From: Fimicolochytrium jonesii
Lineage: Eukaryota
Length of the DNA: 64,000 nt
Assembly: GCF_025526975.1 (NCBI RefSeq)
Contig: NW_026515675.1
Span: 558,001 to 622,000 of the forward strand
Direction: 5' to 3'
Position numbers and translations under genes: made by a program. Shown here piece by piece: positions 27,493-36,979 of this stretch. The notes under the pieces were generated by a model, which saw only the letters and a list, made by a program, of their open reading frames with translations, did not search any database and had not been told where the DNA came from. Every line of letters begins with the position of its first letter. Position 1 is the first letter of the stretch.

Positions 27493-28175
27493 ATGGGTCT
27501 TCCAGTCATCCTCTATCTCCTCGTCTCAGCAACAATCGCAGCAGCGTATCCGACCGGCGCCGGGATCTGCTACGCCAATGAATCCGCCATCGCCGCCGTC
27601 GGATCCATGGGCCCTTCCAACGACAATCTTGGCTACGCGCTGGTGGTCGGCGGCCAGGCTACCTCTTATTCACCGGGGAGGGCGCTGAATGTGACGCTGA
27701 CGGGCAACCAAAACTTCATGGGACTTCTGTTGTATGCCGCCAGCGCGATTGATGCTACCGCCCATGCCGGCACATGGAGTGGGTTGGATGCGGATAAGTT
27801 CATGGTGAGTTGGATGTACTCAGCAATTGTGGTTTGCTACCGGCTTGGACTCATCATCTCTGTTAATCTTATTACAGTTCCTCAACAACGACCAAGGCCC
27901 GGTGGATTGCAGCACGTATGGCATCAATGCCACGGTGACCCACGATAGCCCTATGTCCAAGTCCGTCCCTTTGACGTTTACTTGGTGAGCAAAGAAAAGT
28001 TTCACAATGGTTTGATTACAGTCCCCTTCTGACCCTATTCCTCTTGTGCATCCTTTTCAGGACCCCGTCAAGTACCACAATCGGAGATGTGCATTTCTAC
28101 AGCGTCGTAGTAGTCTCTGATACGGTCGGGTTCCAAGTGCTACAAAGTGCCAAGGCGCTGACCGCAGCAGCTTGA
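27493..28175 (+). CDS. Small secreted reeler-domain protein (3 exons)
   Basis: Signal peptide, then AYPTGAGIC...YSPGRALNVTLTG..FMGLLLYA...C...VTHDSPMSK..LTFTWTP....GDVHFYSVVV. This matches the reeler domain pattern, and the exons splice in frame. Confidence 0.75.
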
Positions 28176-28221
28176 ATCGTTCGTTCATGTGCAAACATGG
28201 GCTTATATTTGCTTATATCTC

Positions 28222-28318
28222 TACAAGTTGCCATCATCGGCGATGCCTCCGGCAGAGGTACAATGATGTGGATGGCAGATAACCACCACGGAAAATGGGA
28301 AGGGGTGAAAACTCTAGA
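28222..28318 (-). ncRNA. Candidate Fanzor omegaRNA scaffold (boundaries unknown)
   Basis: Lies directly 3' of the Fanzor stop. Nested stems on the minus strand: TGCC/GGCA, ATCATTG/CGATGAT and inner CCTC..GAGG. The position is typical of TnpB/Fanzor omegaRNA. Confidence 0.5.
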
Positions 28319-31300
28319 CTACCGGGAGAATGCGTCTGGTCTGCGGCCATTGCCAAGCACCACCGAACGCACAATCGAGAGGAAATTCTTGGTACTTAGG
28401 ACGTCCCGATTGTGCACTTTCATCCGTAGTTGTAGTGGTCGTCTTCCAGGAATCTCAAATGGCGTCCAGTCTTGGTTGATACATTCAGGGTTGGGGCAAC
28501 CCATCAATCCATGGACGAATTCCATTCTTCCCTTTCTAGCTTGCCATGGCCGAGAAGACAGCCGTCGTCGGATGTTTTTCTTCACACGACCGTGGCAGTT
28601 GGGGCACACAGACGACGTTCGATACTCATCTAGCAAGTAGCATGGAATGCTGTTTCTTGCAAAGAGTGTGCGGAATCTGATTTCCATGATGAGTTAGCAT
28701 ATTATAATACATAAAAAGCAATGATGGTCACTCACCCTTTGGTCTTCGATGACTCCTGAAAGCACATGGTTTTTCCAGCGTCGCTCCAATCACCCAAGAT
28801 GACCGAAAAATGCTTTCCATACAGGCGTCGCATGTTCTTGATGAGCTTGCTCTCAGACTTTTGCCGCAGTGAGAACGCCTTGAATCTGCGAGCAACGTGA
28901 ATCTCATCCCGGTAAAACTCATCCAGGGCGGGATCTGGGATATGGATGTCAGCCTATGTATTACCAAATTTGAAAATCAAAGTTGAAGTAGAACATCATA
29001 CCCGCATGTTCGTAATCCACGATGAACGCTGAGAACGCCTCGATGTTCATGCTCTTGTGCGACGGAATCTGTGATTCCATCTCAGCAACGCCGGCATTGA
29101 TCTTCCGCTCTGTCATGTCTCTTCGAAAGTACCGAGACTTTGTCTCGACCGCCTGTTGAGTGGATGTGTATCTGATATGGGGTGGTGCATTGTGAGGACG
29201 CTGCAACGGAATGTCGCCGCAATGGGGATGGTGGGCATAGGGGCGGTGGGAGCGGCAGCGGCGACGGGGGGCTGAGGGGCGGCGACGGGGGGCTGGGGGG
29301 CGGCGACGAGGGGCTGGGGGGCGGAGACGGGGGGCTGGGGGGCAGAGACGGGGATGGAGACGGAGACGGAGACGGAGACGGAGACGGAGACGGAGATGGA
29401 GACGGAGACGGAGACGGGGATGGAGACGGGGATGGAGACGGAGACGGAGATGGAGACGGAGACGGGGGGCTGGCGGGCGGAGACGGGGGGCTGGCGGGCG
29501 GAGACGGGGGGGGGGGGGGGGGGGGGTAGCGGGGACAGCAGGGCAGTAGTAATCAACTGAAACTTACCGAAATGGCTGCTCCTTCTTGTTGTCTCGACAG
29601 AATAGGAGGTCACGCTTGCCCGGATCAATGCAGACAATGTTTGGAGCCTCCCTTAAGTCGTCAATGTGGTACTCAAAATACAGCTGCTTGACTTCTTCCC
29701 GCATTTGGGCCTTGCTGCGCTTCCGGGCCCGATACCCATACTTGAGCCCTGGCTTCTTGAAGTGGATGGTAACGGAATACCCGTCGGTGCTAATTGACCC
29801 ATCGAACTTGAGACCAAGCTTCTTTCGATGTTTGAAGACCTTGTCCTATAATCCGTCATTCAGCGAGGTGATTGAAATAAAGGATACAGACTTAACTTAC
29901 ATTCACATTGAGAAACTGCCCCCACAGCTCCTGCTTGCGTTCATCAGTGAGTTTCCCCATGCGACATCGGCCAACATCCAGGATATGAATGGCTAGGATC
30001 GTCGTGTCAATCTGAACAGATGACTGGATTCGAGATTTGCGCAGCGGGATAGCCGAAAACAGCCGCATTCCACGGCGCTCATAGAGGCGTGAGAGCTCAC
30101 AATAGGCACCTGTGATGTGAGGCGGGTGCGGACCATGATTAGACAAAAGAGGAAGCCGCGGGGGGGGGGGGGGGGGAGCGGAAATATACTAACTCACCTA
30201 AATATGGCATTGCGTCCACCGCAAGGCTGTACGCAAGGGGCTCATCCTGGGGAGAAAACAGAGCCCATAACTTGTCAAGGACGGTCCGCTCAAGGCTTGT
30301 GAGGTGGCCAAACTCCTCTTCGATTGGGTACTCTTCAAACGTTGCGTACTTTGTGAATTGACGGACACGCCGATAACGCTGTTGGCGCTGCGCTTGGCTA
30401 ACTCCGGCTCTCCGAAGATGCAGTACGACTTGCTTCAAACCAAGCCTTTCATTGACATAGCGCAGAAACATTTGCATAAAATGCTCCTGTACGTTGACTT
30501 TGAGGTTGGTGAAGATGCTTGTAGCTGTGTATGCTGCGGTCTGTTGGCTATTTCGCATGCGGATGGGGGCAAATCCGTGAACATTACGGTACTCTTGAAC
30601 CCGTGGACGCAACTCTTGCGCTATGACCGGATTGCCGTTATAGCCCGGATTGTTTAGTAGCTCAAATATCACACTAATGTGCTTGTCGGTGATGTCCGGG
30701 AAATCGTGTAGAGGATGATCAGCTGTGGTGGGGTGGGCAGATGTAGCAGTTAGGACATTGTTATGGGAAATATTATGGGAAATATACAGTGTACCTCAAA
30801 AACTCACCAAGGTAGTACTTGAGGAAGAACGTGGTGTGGCGCGCAAGGACGTGAACATTGCCGAGGAAGGTTGTCAGGCGCTCCCTTTGCACTTGATTGT
30901 GATTACGGACTCGGTGAAGGGAAACCTTCGTGCTGGCATGCGTCTGCGGGCGGGGTCGTTGAATTGGTGGTAGAGGCGGGGGTGGTGGAGGCGGGGGTTC
31001 AAGCACCAGGGATCCACCCGGTGTGCTGGGAAAACGAAAAGGGATGGGAGCGGGGAGGTTCAAAGGGCGCTGAAGACCCCTGTCGACAGGTGAAAGCCCT
31101 CGCTGCTGGTGCTGTTGCCCGTCTTCATCGCCAGAACTCTCGCTAACCATGTCCGCGATTGCTTGGGGCAAGTGGCGTTGGACAGATGGTGGGAACTTGA
31201 ATCGAGGGCGCGGGGGCTGCAATGGCGTCTGTACGGCGGGTGGCAGACGTATGGGCAACCACGGGGTAACTGGAGCAACCTTCCTCCTCTTCCGCCGTGG

Positions 31301-31363
31301 TGTGGTTACTCCGGTGAAGATGCCACACCACAGGTGCCCCTGGAGCGCCTGGTGTGATGACAT
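28319..31363 (-). CDS. Fanzor1-type RNA-guided DNA endonuclease (TnpB/Cas12 relative), 7 exons, 764 aa, apparently intact
   Basis: Exons 31363-30808, 30722-30198, 30109-29901, 29845-29568, 29171-29002, 28934-28736 and 28676-28319 total 2295 nt with consistent phases and GT-AG introns. Motifs: FDGSISTDGYSV, RuvC-I VCIDPGKRDLL, ILGDWS, RuvC-II LLDEYRTSSVCPNC, VHGLMGCPNPEC and RuvC-III HNRDVLSTKNF. Confidence 0.92.
29236..29535. repeat. G-rich mini/microsatellite (about 21-bp GGCGGCGACGGGGGGCTG units, (GGAGAC)n, poly-G) in Fanzor intron 4 (29172-29567)
   Basis: Tandem repeats visible directly. Confidence 0.9.
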
Positions 31364-31385
31364 GATGGCTGTGCTGTGCCTAGAG

Positions 31386-31922
31386 TGTTATGATCTCGAC
31401 GACAGGGCGGAAGCGAAGTAGAGAAGACAGGGCGAGTGTGATGGGCGACAAGAGATTGTATTGGCGAAACAAGAAACAAGGATTAGAACAGGAGATGAGA
31501 AGAACTGGTGTTGATCTGCTGGGGAGGAAGGGAATAGACAAAGAGAGGCCAGCTATTTATAGATAGGCAACCCAGCAGATCAGAGAACAACAACAACAAG
31601 AGGGGACTGGGGGGCGCCAGCTATGCTCCTAGAGCGTGCGTGGCGAGCGTAGAGAGCATTGCTACAGCTGCTGGCTATGGGGAAGCAGTGGGGGGTGTGG
31701 AGAAGCCGAGGGGGGATTGGCGAAATGAGAGGAGAGAGGAGGAGTGGCGATATTGCAAGAGGATTGGCGAAATGAGAGGAGAGAGGGGGAGTGGCATTGA
31801 CATTGACATCGACACTGACATTGACACTGACATGGACATTGACATTGGCGTTTGACATTTGGCGGTTGACATTGGCGGCTGTCAGTAGGTAAGCTTATGG
31901 TATGGGCGCGTCGTCCATAACA
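31386..31922 (-). repeat. 3' LTR of element A
   Basis: TGTTATGATC...CCATAACA, near-identical to 47099-47635. Minus-strand TATAAA at 31561-31556. Contains a GACATT-type hexamer tract. Confidence 0.95.
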
Positions 31923-31934
31923 TCACCCCTCTCT

Positions 31935-34900
31935 TTAGCGGTGGCGGCGGCGGCGTCGAGTTTGGTGTGGCCGCAGAGGAGGTGCTACGGGGACAGAGGA
32001 AGGCTTGTTGGGGTACGCGCTGTGGAAGTCCTGGAGGAGTGCGTCGGTATGGGTGAGGTGTTCCACGGGCTCCCAGGTGTTCTCGGAGTCAGGCCAGCCC
32101 TGCCATTTGACCAAGTACTGAAGGCGACGACAATGGATGCGAGAGTCAAGGATGGCTTCGACAACCCACTCTTCTTGACCCTCAACGGTCTCTGGGGGCG
32201 CGGGTTCGGGTTCGTGTCGTTCGGGGATGGTGAAGCGGGGTTCGAGGAGCGAGACATGGACAACATCGTGGATTTTGTACGTAGGCGGGAGCTTGAGCCG
32301 GTAGGCGACGGGATTGATTTTTTCAACGATGGGGAATGGCCCAATCTTGCGATGGTCAAGTTTCTGAGAGGGCCGGGTTGTCTGGAGGTTTTTGCGGAGG
32401 AGCCAGACGTGGTTGCCAGGCTTGAAGTCCGGTCCAGGAATTGGTTTAGCGTCGGCGTAGCGCTTCATTTGATCTTGGGCTTCCTTGAGCTCGAGGGCGA
32501 GCTGTTCATGGACTTCCCTGATTTGTTTAGCGCGGGCTTCAGCGGCAGGGTTGACGGATTCGGAGGTAGCGGAGGCCGCGAAACTGAAGCGGGGGTGGAG
32601 ACCCTTGTTGGCGTAGAAGGGGGTGGCCTGGGAGGCGGACTGGTGGGTGTTGTTGTAGGCAAACTCGGCGGACGACAGAAGCTGTTTCCAGTTGTCCTGC
32701 TGGTGGGTGCAAAAGCATTGGAGATACTGCTCCAGGATCTGGTTGGTGTGTTCCGTCTGGCCATTGCTCTGGGGGTGGAAGGCCGAGGAGAGGTTGGCTT
32801 TTGCCCCAAGGAGTTCGAGAAGTCGACGCCAGAACCGGGACTTAAACCGGGGTCCTCGGTCAGAGATGACGTCGTCGGGGAGGCCGTGGAGACGGATGAT
32901 GTTGTGGAAGACTAGGTCGGCGGTGGATTCGGCGGATTCTGACTCGCTGCAGGCGATGAAGTGGGCCATCTTGGTGAGGCGACAGTTGACGTTCAGGATG
33001 GAGTTGTACCCGTCCACAGGAGGCAGACCGGTGATAAAGTCCAGGGACCAAGATCCCCAAGGGCGGGTAGGGATACTGTTGGGCTGGAGTAGGCCATATG
33101 GTTTGTGTCGACTGGATTTCGCTTGGCTACAGGTATCGCAGGACTTGATGTAGGCCTTGACGAAGGGCCACTGGCTGGGCCACCAGTAGTTGCGGGAGGC
33201 GAGTTCGAGCGTCTTGGACATCCCAAAGTGGCCGGCTAGGGGTGTATCGTGCATGTCGTGGCAGACTTCAGCTCGGAGCTCGTTGGTGGGGACATAGACC
33301 AGTTTATCGTGCAGCAGGATCCCATCTTCATCTGAGAACCGCTTGATACGATCTTGGGTTTCCTCGGTTCGTTGGGCGAGGGGTATCTTGAGCTTTTCGC
33401 GAATGGTCTTAGCGAGGGGATCAGAGGCCTGGGCGGCCTTAATCTTGTCAAGCAGCGTGGTATCCATGGGTGTGAGGTAGGCCGCGGCGAGTTGAAGGCG
33501 TTCGGGAGTCAAAATTGTGGTTGCCTGGGAGCGGAACGCTTCTTCCCCCTCTTTTAGCTCATGTTCGGAGCGTCGGGAGAGGGCATCGGCTTGGTGCTGC
33601 TGGGAACCGGGGCGATAGGTAATGACAAAGTCAAAATCCGAGAAGAATATCGACCAGCGGGCTTGACGGCGGTTCAGGGTGCGGGTGGTCATGAAGTACT
33701 GAAGGTTTTTGTGGTCGGAGTAAACGGTGATCGTGTGACGGGCGCCAATGAGATGGTGGCGCCACTGGGCAAAGGAGTCTTGGATGGCCAGAAGTTCCTT
33801 GTCGTAGATCTCGTAGTTGATCTCTTCGGCCGTGGATTTGCGAGAGTGGAAGGCCACGGGGTGGAGCTGATTGTCCTGGTCAGGTTGGAGGAGAACTGTG
33901 CCAAGAGCGAAGTCGGAGGGGTCAGTTTCGACGACGAAGGGCTTCTCTGGGTCAGGGTGAGCAAGGATGGGGGCGGTGGTGAATGCTTTCTTCAGGTTCT
34001 CGAAGGCAGTGTTTGCGGCGGGTGTCCAGGCGTACGGGATGTCTTTCCGGGTCAGGGCTGTGGGCGGGGTAGCGATCTTGGAATAACCTTGGATGAATCG
34101 GCGATAGAAGTTGGCAAAGCCGAGGAACCGCTGGACGCCTTTGACATTCTTGAGAGGTTCCCAATCCGTGATGGCAGCGATCTTCTTGGGGTCCATCTGG
34201 ATGCCTTTCTTGGAGATGATGAAGCCTAGGAACTCAACGGATTCGCGGTTGAATTTGCACTTCTCTGGTTTGGCGTACAACCCATGCTGTCGGAGGCGCG
34301 ACAAGACTTCGCGGATATGTTTGGGGTGATCTTCGGGGTTCTTGGAGAATATCAGGATATCGTCGAGGTAGGCAACAACAAACACATCGAGAATGTTGCG
34401 GAAGATGTCGTTCATCAGGTACTGGAAGACGCCAGGAGCATTGCTGAGTCCAAAGGGCATTGTATTCGAATAGGCCGTAGCGGCAGCGGAAGGCGGTCTT
34501 CCATTCATCGCCCGGGCGCATGCGTAAAAGGTTATAAGCGCCGCGAAGGTCGATCTCCGTGAGACGGCGGGCGCCGCGCAAACGATCCATGATACCGTTG
34601 ATCAGGGGCAGGGGGTAGCGATTCTTCACCGTGATGCTGTTCAGGCCTCGATAATCCACGCAGAGGCGGAGAGAACCGTCCTTTTTCTTCACGAATAAGA
34701 CTAGCGCACCGGCAGCGGACTTTGAGGGTTTGATGAATCCTTTGGCGAGGTTTTCTTCGAGGTATTCGCAGAGTGCCTTCATTTCTGGTTCGCTGAGGCT
34801 GTAGATCGGGCCGAAAGGTGGCTGCTTGCCTTCTTCCAGATCGATTGGACAGTCGTAGGGCCAGTGCTCGGGGAGAGTGTCAGCATTTCTCTTTTCGAAA

Positions 34901-35655
34901 ACGTCGGCTAAGTCTTGATACTTGGGGGGCAGGAAGTCTTTGATGTCTTTCTCGGGTGTCGGGGGGTTACTGGGGCTAGGCAAGGGCGGGAGATCGGGTT
35001 TCGCAGGGTTGGCGTAGGCGACAAAGACCTGGTCATGCCTTGCTGCGACCCGGAAGGCTGGGGCGGAGATGAACGAGACTCGGAGCGGCGTGGGAGCCGG
35101 TTCTGGGGTGCTGGAGCGAGATACCTTGGGTACTGGAATCGACCATGTTTCGTCGACGGGGACTTCATCCTGGGGGATGTGGATCAAGGGCTCGGGGGTT
35201 CTGGCGTGTGCTGGGCTCGGGGGTGCTGGAGAGTTGTCCCAATTCGCAAATTCAAGGTACTGACAGTCGCAACGGAAACCGACCGAAAGGTTCTTGAAGT
35301 CAAGGTTAATGTCGTGGAGGCAGTGCCAGGGGAGACCAAGGAGGATTGGAGCATGGGGTGATTTGGTGACATGGAAGACGAGTTCTTCGAAGTGGTCGTC
35401 GACCCACATGCCTACTGGTTGGGTGTGATGGGTGATTGGCCCAGCAGAGCTGGGTTGACCGTCAACGAGTTCGATCGTCAGTGGACGCTGATGCGGGACT
35501 AGAGCGATGCGGTGTTTGCGGGCAAAGTCTCTGTCGATGAAGCAGGACAGGGCACCGTTGTCGATCATGGCTGAGGTAGGTATCGGGGCGCGGCTGGATG
35601 ATACCATGATGGTAACGGGGTAGTTGAAGGGTTCGAGGGGACCCAGCGCAAGCAT
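31935..35655 (-). pseudogene. pol: pol of element A (PR-RT-RH-IN-chromo), frameshifted in RT near 34460
   Basis: IDNGA protease, [27 protein letters not shown]...SDRG...QSNGQTE and chromodomain EWVVEAILDSR...YLVKWQGW. The frame breaks at YGLFEYN/MPFG. Confidence 0.9.
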
Positions 35656-36979
35656 GGCGCGGGGGTTAATTTCGGAGTTATCGACATGGGCAGCGGCTAG
35701 GAGGGTTGTGTCGGCTCTAACGGAGTCCGGAACCAGGGGGGTGGCCTCTCCCGTTGCAGGAGCTGCGAGGTTAGGAGGCCCGGGGCGGTGTGTGTTGTCC
35801 AGTCGCTGGGGCTTTACTGCGGCTGGACTTTGGGAAAACCCTGTTTGGTGGAGGGTTCTTTGATGTCGACGTTGGCGGCACGGGTGGTGGTCTTGTTCTT
35901 GACGGGGCAGACTTTTGCAATGTGCCCCGCGCCACCGCAGTAAAGGCAGAGGTTGTTGGAAATGCGGCGTTGGCGTTCCTGAGGGCTCAGAGGGCCGCGG
36001 AGACGAGCGGCGTCAATCTGCATAGGCTCGCTGTGGTCGCCAGTGGTGGTAGTAGTAAACGAGGTGTGGGGAACCGGGAAGGTCTGGCGGCTTCTGTTTC
36101 GCTCCAGGCGGCGCTCAAACAGCCGGTTATCGCACTGGATAGCCTGCTCCATCACCACATCAATGGTGGCCGCAGGGGGCATTGTGAGCATCAGGTCTTT
36201 GACGTCTTCTTTGAGGCCACGGCGGAAGGTAGCAATCAGGGCCTGGTCGTTCCAGGAGACATCGCATTGTAGCTGGCGGAACTCAGCGACGTACTCGGTT
36301 GCTGCACGGGTTTGGCGAAGGTTCTGGAGCTTGTTTTCAGAGGTGCGGACCCTGTCGCTGTCTCCGAAGACCGATTGCAACTGACTGATAAAACTATTGA
36401 AGTCCTGAAGGCTGTGATCTGGGCGTTCGACTAGGGGTGTTATGAATGGGCAGAGCCGATGGAAATAGAGGCGACTTGTGGTGCAGGTTGTTGACAGGTA
36501 ATGGTATTCAGACCGAAACAAGAACTAGAACAAGACTAGGAAGAACTGGTGTTGATCTGCTGGGGGATCAGGAAGTGGGGAGCTCAGGGGAGGCGGCTAT
36601 TTATGTTTTTCTGGGAAGGCTGGGGAAGCGTGGGGAAGCAGAAGGGTACGGAATGAGAGGGAAGCCAAGAGAAGCGCCAAGGGTGGGGAAGCATAGAAAC
36701 AGAAGACTGGGGATGGGGTGGCTACGCTGAGGCTGTGGGCGGGTACGTGGGGAAGTATGGAGAAGGGTTTGTAAGCGCCGAGTGTTGGGAGGTGTGGCTA
36801 CGTGCGGCTGCGTGGGGAAATGAAGGCAGTGGCAGGTGTGGGGTAGCGCGGCTGCGTGCGGCTGCGAGGTTTGGCAGATGTCAGGTTTTGACAGGGAACT
36901 GACATTGACTGACTGTTGGGATGCTGTCATGAGGTAAGCGCATGGTATGGACGCGTCGTCCATAACATCACCCCCTCCT

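Noticed and set aside
29113..29637. ORFs encoding (GD)n, (ET)n and (VS)n repeat proteins
   Set aside because: These are translations of the microsatellite inside Fanzor intron 4, not genes.
28319..31363. Bacterial IS200/IS605 TnpB contamination
   Set aside because: Six spliceosomal introns, an NLS, the 764-aa length and fungal flanking genes show it is a resident eukaryotic Fanzor.
31580..31872. ORFs with NVNVSV, MSMSV and DIDID repeats (also at 47293-47585)
   Set aside because: They are translations of the GACATT hexamer tract inside LTR A.
31902..33153. Long + strand ORFs (337 aa, 153 aa) in the retroelement
   Set aside because: They are antisense shadows of the GC-rich pol frame with no recognisable motifs.
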